A program made the translations under genes and the position numbers. A stretch of 64,000 nucleotides of DNA from Magallana gigas (Eukaryota): NCBI RefSeq assembly GCF_963853765.1, contig NC_088856.1, positions 23,188,001 to 23,252,000 of the forward strand, written 5' to 3'. The notes under the pieces were generated by a model. It worked only from the letters and a program-made list of their open reading frames with translations. It was not told where the DNA came from and did no database searches. This document shows positions 1-13,350 of the stretch, piece after piece. The stretch's first letter is position 1. Each line of letters opens with the position of its first letter.

Positions 1-2708
1 GTCAAGAAAAGATACAAATTAGTCCTCAAGTGGCAATTATTGGCACCCGAGGATGTGACTTAAAATATATTAAGCCCTCACACGTTTTGTTCGTTTACCC
101 GTAAATTGTCAAATTTATCAACTTGAAACTATTCATGTTAACGATAAATGTTTCTCTGTTTTGTCAGTAGCCCAAGGCCTGGGTGGGACGTTTTGATGGC
201 CATCCTGAAAAATATACACTCGAGGCAAACAAACAGGGTACTCAGGGGTAAGAGCTACCCTACACGCGCGCACATGCTTTGGATTTTTTTTAGACCCATT
301 CCCCAGTTCTTTTCGTCCAAAACCTTGCAAATATTACGTTAAGACTCCATGGAATACAGCGTTTCTTCTCTGTCATCCATCTTTCATGTTTACTTTAGTT
401 TCAATGATCAATCAAATAAGTCTATCAATTATGATTATTGATTGTTTGTGCGTCAGCTCCCAAATGAACAATCGTCTCACAAATGATTTTTACATTTTTT
501 GTTTAAAAAAAAGGCAGATTTAAACTGAACTAAAATTCGACATTCTTGACTTCTTTTATTTAAAATAATTAAATACGTTGATATTAGGGTACAATTCTGA
601 GGTTGGTTCGGTAATAAAAAATAAATAAATGAAAAAGAAAAACCAACTTACATCCAATTTCCGAAAGTATGGGATGGCGAAATTAATATCCAGATAAAAA
701 GACAGAACCTTGCAAAGCATAAAAATGGCTCGACTGAATTCCTTTTCATTGTCATCACGGAAATGAAATCCAATGCTTAAAACAAATCACATCCGTGGGC
801 ACTTCGTATCGATACATTGGAGAGGGTTTACTGTGTCAATGGTGCCGCGGATACACCACTACACCTTGGTCGTTATTTAGTATGCATGGAGGGATTTACC
901 AAACTCTATAGTTAGAGATACGCTGCAATGTTACAGGTGACGCGATTGGCTATTGTGTACGTCACGTGACAATGCGGCTGACTGTTTAAAGAATAGGTAA
1001 ACCAAAATTTGCTTTAAACTGTTAAAATGATGTATTTCATTTATGGGTGTATACATAATGTGGTTTTGCCCACACAGGCGGGTTTTATTTTTGTTTCTTT
1101 TAGTATTTTGTAAACAAACGTGTAAATGTTTGAACGTTAGAATCAACATATCACTTTCGCGTAAACGCTCTCAGCTTGTAAATGTAGTTTCAAAACAAAC
1201 ATTTCTCATTATGTTTCAGTACAGTTGGGGGTATATTCTTCCTATTTTGCTGTAAAATGAAAACAAACTTTTACGACGGTTGTGTTTAAAAGCAGTTCAT
1301 TTCGTGCAAGTCTGTGAGAGTTTCGGGGGGTAGTTCATGATCAGGCATAGCCTGGACGATAACACTTATCAGCGTTTCCTTTCATCTCGATATTGTTTTA
1401 CGACGCAGGTGCGAAGTTTTTGCGTGCGATATTATCGTATAAGGTGCTATAGTCGTAGAATCATTAAGAACGGTGACCAAATGCGATTGATGTGCGATAC
1501 ATGTATTTGTTTAGACATTTGTTTACAAAAACACAGTCAAGCATTTTAAAAAGTTTCTGGATGAATAGCATTTGCTGCCGCGGAATGCAAAGGAAACCTT
1601 TTCAGTCTTCGGATAATATTGTTGAAGCCATCAGTAAAAAAAAGGCATTTGCTATGGATATTATTTTGAAATTGAAACAATGGAAAATTTAAATATATTT
1701 CAAAATAAATCAAATTCCTATGAACCATATTATTGCAATTGTTAATATTAAAAGTTTATCTTTGAATTAAATATCAATATTAACACATGTTTAGTTTATG
1801 ATAAAAATGAACGACAAATGTTTTTATCACCATTCACATGACAGCTTAATTTCTTATTTCTTTCTTTTTTACAGAATAGAATAATGAATACAAACTAACG
1901 TGGAAAAAAACCAAATTATGCAACATAATGAAAACATAATACATGTTAAACTTGGTATAGATATTTATTAGGCCGTTCGAAAATCTTAATTTCTGAACTG
2001 AGCCTTATTATTATACTAAGTACTGAATTAATATTACACGTGCTATACATTGTACATGCACATGTTGCAAATTGAAAAAAAAATGAATGATTGAAATTGG
2101 GATTAAAAATGATATCTAACAATTGAACATATTAACTTCCACAAGGCATGGAAATACCCGTGTCATTTTGTTCAGAAATTAATAAAAACAAGATGAAATT
2201 AATTACTGAAACAAACTGTTAACACGTCATGCTACAAACAACCAAACGCGTGACCAGAGGCAATTCGGGCGGGCCAATTAGCAGCTTATCGTGTTTTGAA
2301 TGTGTTCGATGAGACAGATATGATCGATCAATTGGCGGTCAGAAAGTGGAGTCGTAAATCTCCTGTGATCTTCTTTACGAGTGTGGTTTTATAGAACACA
2401 CACGACGCGGCCCCGGCGACAGTGCTCACGGTGGGTATAAAATCTTGGAGTATCTTGTCGCATAATTATCACATTTACGCCACTGGCCAACCATATATTT
2501 TCATCCGGTATTAACTGTTGTATTATTACTCTTTAAGGTATAAAGGTTTTATAGATTTTGTTACACCACGTGTTCGATTGTGATAAAGCCTTGTTCTAAA
2601 TACTCTTCTCCACAGCAGTGATCATGTAAGTGGAGACTTTTCAAAATTATCCTGTTAGTTTAAAATACATATAGGTTCATATATGTTCAAGCACTCCTAC
2701 CAATGTGG

Positions 2709-2711
<3 letters not shown>

Positions 2712-2782
<71 letters not shown>
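2712..2782. repeat. (CT)n microsatellite
   Basis: About 35 perfect CT units. Confidence 0.97.
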
Positions 2783-2784
<2 letters not shown>

Positions 2785-5700
2785 AATCTAACATCATCTA
2801 GTGTGTCACTTAACGTTAACAGATACTAGTCAGTTAAATTACCTTCATGGTATACGTATAGTCACACTATTTCAAATGTGGTGTGTAACAAAGAGTCTGT
2901 AAAAACAAGCGTTTAAAACTCTTCTCCTAAAGAATTTGTGTTCAAACAATGGGTAACCAGTTCTAGTACCTGTAGCGTTTCAATTCTTAAAATTATTATT
3001 TTGCAAATTATACAAATAACTTTCAATGATAGAAAATTAATCCGTAAATATTAGCACACTTCCATTGTGTAAAAAGGAGTTTTTATTTAATTTTCTGATA
3101 ACCCATAATCATATATTAAAATGTATGAGTAAATAGTTCACTAGTATACATACATGTAACTTGTAACCATTCCTGTTTTAACCTTCAATCTTCATAAATT
3201 CAAATAATAAGGACAAATCCTATTTCTTACCTTTTCCATACATTGTACATCCTAGTATTCAAATGAATCCATGATAAATTTCCCCACAATGGGGATTCAA
3301 TAAAAATAATCAAAACCTATAAAAATTCAGTTGTAAAAAGTTTGATCGGTGTTTGCTGCATTATTTTTATATTGCTCCAATATATTAAAGTATTGTACAT
3401 GAAATAGAATTAAATCAATTTATAGTTACATGTACATATACACGAACTTACTTCTGTCACACAAACGCAATTACAAGCAAAATTTAAAATGCCTTAATTT
3501 GTAGTGTATTTCTATTCAATAAATTAATTCAAACATCAGGAGCATGTTTTCTTACTTGTTTTGTTTTTTATTATTTTTTTAAATTAAAAATATTATCGCC
3601 AAAAACACAAATTTGACAAGGAAAAGAACGTAACATTTATCAAATATCGTGAAAGGTATTCTGTTAAATGATAAATGTATAGTTTTGTTTTAGTTTATTT
3701 TAAACTATTGCGTACGTACAAAGTCATTTCTATGATAGAGGGTGTTAAACACTATTCGCGTAAATTAATAATGAGAAAAAAAATCCGATGAAAGTTAATG
3801 ATAAAAAGATAAATAGAGAAAGATAGATAAATTACTTGATTTTTTCATATCTCTCGATCTTTACATGTAAAGATGTGCTTTATTCACCGAAACGATCAAA
3901 GTAATGTTTATTTAACAAGCCTCCCGATGTTTATCAATTCAATCTAGTATGTGTTTTAAGAGTATACCTGATTTCAATCAATTTCAATACACTGCCCTGT
4001 CTCCAAAAAAACTCATCAATTACCTGAAAATCAAGGTAGATTGATACACCTGATTATATCACCTGTCCAGGCTTTCTGCCTCGCTGCTCATCTTTTGGTT
4101 AAAAACCCATTCAGGATCTCATTCATTTTTCGGAACAAAATCAATTTTCGTGTATGTTTTTGTATATGTAAACAATGCTTAACTTTTATTTACGAATGGA
4201 AGGAGCTAGCGTTTAAATCTAGTTAGATCGACTCGTTGAACATGTGATGGATTTGTTAAAAGCCCCCCCCCCCCCTCCCTCCCTCCCTGCCGTTTTACAA
4301 ACACTGCAATTAGAGTTATGCCTCTTGTATCTGTAACATAGAAATATCATTGGCGAATATAAATGTATATGCACATGTCAGAATTGACAAGGTAAAAGGA
4401 CGATAATTTAAGTTACTTTTCCTCTCAATCACTTGCATATCTTATCCACCTATTTTCATCATAAACAAATATACATGTTGGCCTTTATTTACTTCCTTAT
4501 TTTGATGAATGGACGATTTAATTAAACAATAAACCAAATTAACCACACATTAAACAGGTAAGACCATTTGCACCTGATGAATGGATGATTGATTACCTGG
4601 AAACCACAATTAACTGCCCGTTACACGTGAACATGCGCATGTAGTTCATACATATAGCCTATATATACATAATATTTCAGTAAGTCAGGCTGTTTTAATT
4701 GATATCGCGGCGGTTTCTTCGTCAACGTTGAAAGATTACTAGTTTATCTCCATCTTATTTTTCCGTCCTAATCAACCCGCACTACTGCACCAGCGTGGCA
4801 ACGCACATAAAAAAAATACATTCTAAATTTGGGGTCAAATCAACGCACTTTGAAAATATTTTTCAAAGTCCTTTAATGCTTTAAGTTAAAGCACTTTGAA
4901 AAAAAAAAATCTATAAAGTGCGTTATGAAGGTAAATCAACATTTCTAATTAGTTTATAGTATGATATTTTGGTAACACTAGTGAATCTAATGTACCGTCT
5001 TTGAGAACGAGGGTGGAGGTTTGGATTAGCAAAAGGTATAGTTCAATTACCAGACTGAGTACAACATTTCATTGATTTCAGGAAGTAGGTTCTCGACCCA
5101 TCATATTTTCTTTCAAAATGTATGATATTCAGCAACTTGGAGTAAATGTATAAGAACGGAAAAAGAAAATTTATGTGTATTTTTTGTATATGTAAACAAT
5201 GCTTGACTTTTATTAATAGTGATATTGAAAAAACGAGCTGGCCAATCAATATGGTATGTTAACTATTTGCAAGTGTTTCAATATAAACTCTTTTCAAATT
5301 CTAATCAAATAAATCACTTCATTATAAAAAAGTTACATCGCCAAGCAATAAATTATTATAAACTTTAAAATAAGCATAGATTAAAGTTTTGGATTTTTTT
5401 CTCGCACTGATGTTTAAAAGGTTATATTGTTTATGATAAACATTACTAACGTATCCTTTTTCACATCATGTTTGTTTGTAAGCGCATGAAATTGAAGCCA
5501 GTTGAAATATGTTATACATTGATCTCCATCATCAATATATATACATGTAACTCATTTTCGTTTCTGGCATAGCCCAATGTATCAGATAAGAAATAAATTT
5601 GTTGCATACATGAAAACGGCAGGAAGATAATTGCTAATAAGCAATACAGTTTATGTCATATTTGGATAATTTAAATCTCCTGAGTTGTCCTTTATGTGTA

Positions 5701-6090
5701 AATTGTCAAACTACATAAGCTAAATTATGAGAAAAAAAAAATATTCTAATCGAGAAACATTGGGTATTTTTTTTTAGATATCTCCCATTGAGCTTAACAA
5801 GAATTAAACAATTATTTGTTATATATAAAAAGTATCAATCATTTCGACCAAAGCCAGAACAGTTTTTTACAATGTGTGTTAATATTGACGATATCAACGC
5901 ACTATGAAATTTTTTTTTTTGCAAAGTACGTTAACTTGGTCCCAAAATTAACGCACTTTGAAAAAAAAAATATCAAAGTGCGTTGTAACATATCAACAAT
6001 ACAGAAAGATTCTATAAATTTCGCAGAGAAGCTGTCCATATTGATCCTAAATATGGATACAACGGTTGTTTTTAAAACATCTGATGTTAA

Positions 6091-6400
6091 GTGTGTCGAC
6101 TCTGACTATATGACATGGTATTTGTTGGTTTTGAAAGTTTGTCGTTGATTACTGAGGGATGCACTGCATGCGTGTATCTCCATCTGAATTTTCCGGTACG
6201 ATTAACCACCACCCCTGCATCAGTCTCACTGTCAGATAGTAGGTGTCATGGTTCCTGTTCTCAGTCATGCATTTGATTTAAAGCATTTGACATCATCAGG
6301 CAATCTAATAGTTCACACTGTATTAGGCAGCATAAGACATTTCTTAATCTCCAGTCAGTATAATGGCAGTATCCATCCCCGGGCCCATTCATTATGTAGC
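6091..6400 (-). pseudogene. Frameshifted NHL-domain relic (third TRIM-family fragment)
   Basis: The reverse strand of 6091-6280 reads IKCMTENRNHD / frameshift / SDSETDAGVVVNRTGKFRWRY...SYSQSRH, homologous to IKYITENRNHDICVAD...VVVVNQDGKFKWRY...SDSQSH. Similarity up to about 6400 is weaker. Confidence 0.8.
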
Positions 6401-7873
6401 CCTTTCATTGAGAAAGTGTCTTTGAAAATGATTAAAAAGCGCCGCATACTCAACTGTAAAATACAACGATGGCAAATGAAATGTCGGAGGTAACTCTGCA
6501 GCTTCTCATGGTCTATTGATTTCTGAATGAATGATGATGGGGATGTACACTTTTATTTTTAATTAATCATAAATAATTCAAATGATGCATATCAATTTTG
6601 GAATTAAATATGTGTTCAATATTTCAACAGACAGTTACGCGAGATTTGTTTATATGTCCAATTCAAGTTTCTGATGCAGCATGCATTACATGTTTTTTTT
6701 TACCTGTTTTGAAAAAGGCTACTTGTCTGTAGAACACTAATTTTTTATATATAAAAAATCATTAAGCAGCCTACAATTTTATTTGTTTCGGAGACCATAC
6801 ATTAATTGTATATTTGTAACTAATCTAACTGATTTACATTTAACAAGACAATATATATACCGTACATCGGCGGATCATCTTTTGCCCAACGTTTTGTTCT
6901 TTCCTTTCTCTTTGATCATGTTAATATGGAGGATGGTACGATTAAGAACCCTAGTAAATGGAAGTAGAACTTACTATTTCTAATGATGATCTTTCGAAAT
7001 TTTAGTGATGGAAAACATGGACATTTTTAAAAAGGAATTTCACTGTATAAGCTGCGTATTGATAAGAAATTATTTACTTTGTGATTTTTTCTAATTAAGC
7101 TACTGTATACATGATTATTTTCGCCCCGTGTAATTTTAGCCCCTCATCACTAGCAAACAGTTTCGTTTTGAATTCGCCAAGATTCCGTTGATGCAATCAG
7201 TTTGCAGCAGTTTTAGTTAGAGTTACTTCCCGTGCCTCATGCGAAATATTCAGGAGTATTGAGATTTTTAATTTGGTTGAATAATTTATTTCCTTTGACA
7301 TAACAAACTTTAATGAAAATGCATTTCGCTTTTTTCTCTAGCTACATCCCACAGTGAATAATCTGGAATTTGTTTTTTAAGCTCTCTTTACACTGATAAA
7401 ATAATTTTGAAGCTTTGATAAAATTACATCGCATTGAAATTGAGTATGTTAATTTTTCCTTAGTTTGATTTTAACGTAGAGTATTTGCCTTTTTTTCCAG
7501 GAAATCAGCGGAATTCCAAATGCTGCAATACGGAAATATTGACAAACTTAAATCTACAAGCATATAAAAATGCATGAAATACTTATATATATAGAGAGAT
7601 TTAATTCACTTTATTTCAAATATGAAACAAAAAAAACCCTTAATATATCATAGTCGCTGAGTAAATAAAAGCAAAGCAGAAAAAATAAACTGTTTTGAAG
7701 TCAACCAAAATATCAAAGGGACGTATTCTATTTTAAATAAAAGAATACGTAAATTACCAAAAGAATCAATATAACAAGCCTATGTACATGTCCATCGTGC
7801 ATATTAAAAATGATACAATAATTTAAGTCTTAAATGATTAATATCATTGTTCCACAATAAAGTCTAAAAGTCT

Positions 7874-9526
7874 CTATTTCAAATAGTTAATTTTCTTAAC
7901 AGTGCCTTTGTATAGCTCACAGACAAACAGCATGTCGCTATTGTCAACACACAAACCGTAAGGATTCTTTAGATCACAGTAACTGTTATCAATGTAACGG
8001 AGAAACTGTCCATTCTGATCCAGAATGTGGATACAATGGTTGTCACCGTCTGCTGTCAGGATATGACTCTGACTATCTGATGTAATACCAAATGGTTTAA
8101 ATGGTTCGTCCGTGGTAGGAAAGGGATGGCCAATGTATCTCCATTTGAATTTCCCGTCCTGATTAACCACCACTACAGCACCGGCCGCCTTGTCAGCTAC
8201 ACAGATGTCATGGTTTCTGTTTTCAGTGATGTATTTGATTTGAGAATTTCCTGAGTACAGAGGGTTACCTTCATCATCAAACTGAATGGTTTGTTTCTCT
8301 GTAGATCCCGAGTAACGGACAACTTTTGACCGATCAATACTGAACATGGTAACCAGGAGATCACCAGTAGATGTGACACACAGTTTAATAGGTGTCCATC
8401 CCTGTAATATAACCATCTCCTCTGGTTGTCCATTCTTTACCTGGTAAACTTTCCCTGATGACCCATCACAGTACAATAAATATGCATTTCTGTCTACAGC
8501 TATATCGTTTGGTATTTTATCCGATTTAGGTTTCATTGTTTCGAGAAGTGAAATTTTGACGTTAAAGCATTTAATATTATTGGCCAATCCACTCGTTATT
8601 ATCGTGTGTTCATTTAGACAGGTTACACTGCGTAGATTAACACCTCCGGTCTGTATTGTTGCAACAAGTTCTGGTTCATCCAGTAGTTTTCTGACGAAAT
8701 TGTTTTGTGACAAGACGTCCCATTTTGTGTCAGTTGATAAAGGTGTGATCTCTCGAAAGAAATTATAGAATTGCTCACGATCTATAGGTTTTTGAATGAG
8801 TTCTGGGAGGCATACGTTTATCCTTGGTGGAAGCTTGCTAAACTCTCCGATTTCCGAACTGTACTCAATAACTGTAGAAACTTCAGTAGAATTTTCGATC
8901 GCCTTTAATGCCAGTAATGTTTGCTTTATGAGAGGCTGTGTCTTTTTGATTTCATCCAAATATTTCTGTAAAATGTCGTTGTGTTTCAGTTTTATCTCAA
9001 TAATGTGAGTTTTCATTTTGTTTATAACGATGTCGATTTCTTTGTGCCATTGCTCCCCTTTTTTTGATATTTCTGATGTAAGTTTCTCATATTCTCTGCT
9101 CAGGTTGGCAAGCTGATTTTCCAAGTCAAGTGCACCTTCTTCATAGGAAGGAGAAATTGATTTTTCCATCTCTTCCAAATCATTTTTAACTATTTCCTTC
9201 TTTATCTTAAAAACTACCAACACTTCTTCAAAGTCATGCCCTTTGTGTTGGTTAGACGTCATGCATGAAGAACAAACAAACTTTTTGCAATCTTTGCACT
9301 GCAGTTCACATATTTTGTGTGGATGTTTTTCACATTTCGGATAAATCAAGGTTGATTTTCGATGTCTAAAAGAGACTACTTTATGATTGTCATAGTCATC
9401 TGAAATATGTTCACCTATACAAAGCTTGCATAGGCTGACGTGACAAATGACACAATAGCTCTGTACTATTGCTGTTTTACAGGCGTCACATCGTTTTACA
9501 TCCTGGAGACTGTCATCAGGATCCAT
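7874..9526 (-). CDS. RING-less TRIM-like protein: 2 B-boxes, coiled coil, NHL beta-propeller (TRIM2/3/71-like, bivalve-expanded type); single coding exon, about 550 aa
   Basis: 559-aa ORF. B-box1 CDACKTAIVQSYCVICHVSLCKLCIGEH; B-box2 CEKHPHKICELQCKDCKKFVCSSCMTSNQHKGH; helical charged region; NHL-like repeats (PNDIAVD, PIKLCVTSTGDLLV, PFGITSDSQSHILTADGDNHCIHILD, PYGLCVDNSDMLFV). The likely start is MDPDD at 9526, just after a minus-strand splice acceptor (tttgtag, 9534-9535) whose position is conserved in the paralogue. Confidence 0.92.
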   Translation of the reverse strand: MDPDDSLQDVKRCDACKTAIVQSYCVICHVSLCKLCIGEHISDDYDNHKVVSFRHRKSTLIYPKCEKHPHKICELQCKDCKKFVCSSCMTSNQHKGHDFEEVLVVFKIKKEIVKNDLEEMEKSISPSYEEGALDLENQLANLSREYEKLTSEISKKGEQWHKEIDIVINKMKTHIIEIKLKHNDILQKYLDEIKKTQPLIKQTLLALKAIENSTEVSTVIEYSSEIGEFSKLPPRINVCLPELIQKPIDREQFYNFFREITPLSTDTKWDVLSQNNFVRKLLDEPELVATIQTGGVNLRSVTCLNEHTIITSGLANNIKCFNVKISLLETMKPKSDKIPNDIAVDRNAYLLYCDGSSGKVYQVKNGQPEEMVILQGWTPIKLCVTSTGDLLVTMFSIDRSKVVRYSGSTEKQTIQFDDEGNPLYSGNSQIKYITENRNHDICVADKAAGAVVVVNQDGKFKWRYIGHPFPTTDEPFKPFGITSDSQSHILTADGDNHCIHILDQNGQFLRYIDNSYCDLKNPYGLCVDNSDMLFVCELYKGTVKKINYLK

Positions 9527-10278
9527 AATTCTTCTACAAAATTTAAATATCAAATACTTAATTGATTTTGAAATAAGGTAAACATTTCATTGTAAATCAT
9601 AATTACCTTCGTATAATTTTTATGCAAACTGGAATGTGATTACTCTGTAATCAATTTATACTGGTAACTTTTTAATTAGTATAAAACGTACATTGGCATA
9701 ATGTAGCTACATGTATGAATTATTTTTTTTTTCATTTTAAAGTATTCTTGTATGTCATGAAACTGGTCAGTCAATTTTCATTTTGTGCGAATCATAAGTC
9801 TATTTTGGAAGTCTATGTCAAAGTCGGAATTATAGCGGCCCTTGCTGATATACATATTTCCGGACCGACCAGCCTGTCATTGCTAAGTACATGTACATGT
9901 ATATCATTAGTATGTGAGACTTTGCTTACTTCAATATACGTATGCCATGTGCGTTTGTCTCTTGATTGACAAAAAGAGTAAAGACCACTTTTTAATTATT
10001 TAATTATTCTTGAAACCTTTTTTGATTAACATTTAGTTGAAATTGATTTTTTTCGAAGACTGACAAGTATGTTTGCTTTCTCTTTGATTTGAATGACATC
10101 AAAAATGAAAGTTAACAGTTTTTTTTCTAAAGAACAAGATGAATTGTAAAAAGATTCTGCTGAAGCAGTTACATACAGTATGTCATGTATATTTAAAAAG
10201 AGTACATACCGTAGTTAAAAGAAAGTACATATCCTGGGAAATTTTTTTTCTCAGCAGAAGACTCTGAACCCCAACATG

Positions 10279-10965
10279 TCTGGCTCCGGGATCATGAAAC
10301 TGTCTTAAATTTTAAGTCAGACTTAAGTCAATGAATTTGCACTTAAATTTTAAGATTGTTCTTAAAGTGGATCACAAAAAAATGACTTAGGGTTAAGTCT
10401 GAAATATTGTCTTAAATCTTAAGACTGCTATTAGGCAGACTTAAGTTTATAGATTCTTACTATGTAAGTTCAAAATGGCGACACTCGTTGGATTTTTTAA
10501 GAAGAAATGATCAGCAAAGAAGGTTGCTCCCTCGTCCTCGGGTTTTCTATTTATAGTCTAGGTTTTTCCCCTTTGTGCACTTGCTATTGAAGTTATTTCC
10601 CTTTGTTAAAGTGAAAGTGTGTAAACACGTCTGTATAATGACTGATATGTTATCCAGTAAGAAACTATGCTAATATTTGTGTGAAGCATCTTTTAAATAT
10701 ATTTTTTTAAACTTTGTGATATATGATAATGTTTACGATGCAGCCAATAGGAATCTTCAAAAGAAGAAGAGTTCCACTTTTAACAAATTCTGTCGAAAAA
10801 TCGCGCGAGTTACTATGGAGTTTAGCTAAGACAAATCTTAGCTAAGTTTTTTCTTAGATCGTTTTGTGATCCACTTAAGTAAGCAATCTTAACTAAGTCT
10901 AAATTTTAGATTTAAGACAAAATTCTAACTTAAATTTAAGACAGTTTCATGATCCCGGAGCCAGA
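10279..10965. mobile_element. Non-autonomous TIR element (MITE) with perfect 34-bp terminal inverted repeats
   Basis: TCTGGCTCCGGGATCATGAAACTGTCTTAAATTT at 10279-10312, exact reverse complement at 10932-10965; absent from the paralogous site near 55590. TSD not resolved. Confidence 0.9.
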
Positions 10966-13350
10966 TCTCTAACGGAATGTGATCACGTGACGGAATTTTC
11001 GATATTTTGGAACGGAGCTTAATTGTTCTAAACTGTTAACAGAGCCAAGATTAAATGATACAGACTTTATATATATCGACATTTAAAGGACATGGTCACG
11101 ATTTGAGCTGATAGTGTTTAGGTTTTTTTTAAATTCATATGTACACAATGCTCTATTGCGATAATTATGTTCCTCATGATATAGCAAAATTTGAGTGTTT
11201 GTCGTGATGCAGAGGTCACATATCTTTCGTAAGCAAACTAAGTTCGAACAACATTTATTTTACAGTCAAGACGTAATGATGCGGTAATACTAGTACGAGG
11301 TTAATTTTTGCTGATTTCCAAGTATTTGAGTTTGCTTGATCTACCATGCTTTTGTCGTTAGCTTATCTAATTAAGGTGGAAGGCTACATCGTCATAATAT
11401 GTCTGACATCCGTTTGAAACGCCATTTTGTTCCGGATTGATAGCATTATATCGTGGTACAAAATAGCTATACACCGTTCAATTGAACTCTTCTAAAGAGG
11501 GAGATGAGACAAGAATGAAATCACCAAAACGCTTAGAAAATATGTCAATTCCCTTCGTGATTAAAGCTTTCAACTAACATTGATTATCAGCTGTTATGTA
11601 CAGAAAACGTGAAATCGAAATAATGTACTGTTTTCCTGCTATTGGCAATACATATTTGTCATGCCATCTGCAACAGACGATCATAAATATGTGACGGATT
11701 ATCGATAAAGGTGAGCAGATATAATATTTTCACTTGAACCATATATGCATGATTAATTTAAAACTAAAGTTCTGTAGTACCATCTCATCATGTTAATTGA
11801 TCCCAACTTCCCAAATAAAACATTTGCAGTATAAGACTTGCATTGAAAGTTTGACACTTAACTAATGTATTTTAATTAAAATATATAGAGCTAGGTAGCA
11901 ATAGCAGTGGAAGCCCGGATTTGCAAGCCAAATGAGGGAACGACAGAATCTTGAAAAAGAGCATGTTTTTAATTACCACACATACATATGTATCACTATG
12001 GACATCTAATGTATGTTTAAAATATGCATATGGCTGTTTATAATTTGTATTGTATATAAAAAAAGTAAAAGGCAATGTAACTACTAACATTTTGTTTTTG
12101 TTTTAAAGAGTTAAATAAAGATATAATGCATTCATAAAAAATATATTTTTTCAGATTCAAACATTATTATAAGCACTACTAACCTTATTCCTACATTTTA
12201 GCATATAATTGTACCTTTAAAAAATTTCTTCGTGATTTTTTTTAAATTAGAAAATGGGTCCCAAGATATTTGAGACCAAGTAAAATCCAGAAAGACAACT
12301 CTTTAACAGGATCTTTCAAACCAAGATTTTTACAATAAATTAGTATTTTTTTTTTTTAAATATTTCAATTTCATTCAATTTCTCCAACAAATATTGTTTC
12401 TATTTTCAGATTTTTGTGGAATTTCATCCAGCAGTTTGCCTTAAAAGAATTTTAAAATAATTTATTTCATATTTAAATGGATTCCAATAAAAATCATACA
12501 AACTTCAATCATGATTATTTTGTTTTTCATTTTCAAACTTTATAACATTTCACTTTCATAAGAGTTTAAAAACAGAAATGCTTAGAAATTTGACATATAA
12601 AGGGTTATCTGGAAGCAGATTGATATATTAAAAATTCTCTAAAAAATAGAGTATTGTACTTTGAGGTTTATTATTGTTGAATACCATGCCTATTATTAGT
12701 AACAAATGCATGCAACAAAAATCGCCTACACTTTTTTGGTGTAGACATCCCCTTTAAAGCACTGGAAAAGAGAGATTTAAGCAAGTCTTTAAAGTAGTAG
12801 GCTTATTAACCATATTAACAGTAGTTAGAAGAGGAGATACAACTACTACATTATACGTGCATTAAAACAAAATTTATACAATAGCAGTTATTTAGCAAAG
12901 CGATCACCAAAATTAAGAGAAAAAAACAATGCTTTGTGATTTTGACTCTTTCATGAAACCAAAGATTTTTTGAAAAATAATGTTTTCCATTGTGCATAAA
13001 TATAATGCGACATAGGTCTACGGGATATCCGTTTTTAATTGTACTAGTATAATTATAGAAAACGCGTCGTATCCTCATTTTTTATTTAGACCATATATTG
13101 ATTTCGACTAGTGCAGATTTAGACCAGGCCATTTAAATCCTTGACCTATAATCCTTGGACATGGCTGTGTTTAGATTTCAGTGCAATGCATCAGTGGTCA
13201 CATATCAAAACATTTACTATTGCTGCAATCAGACACTCTACCCGCGAACAATGGAAACGTGATTCTGGAAAAATGTGGGTTATTTAAGGTCAGAGTTATT
13301 TCGAAAGAGTGAATTTTAGGAGGTAAATTGTTTTCCCAGGAAGACTGAAA

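Noticed and set aside
165-900. Possible exon at 165-252 and a Cys/Trp-containing frame at about 738-912
   Set aside because: No recognisable domain and no phase-compatible partner exon inside the window.
13085-13340. Cys-containing frame MAVFRFQCNASVVTYQNIYYCCNQ upstream of the PPxY gene, tempting as a Shisa-like ectodomain exon
   Set aside because: It lies upstream of the signal-peptide exon, has a stop in the same frame in copy 2 (TGCAATTAG), and is not obviously more conserved than the rest of the duplicated non-coding DNA.
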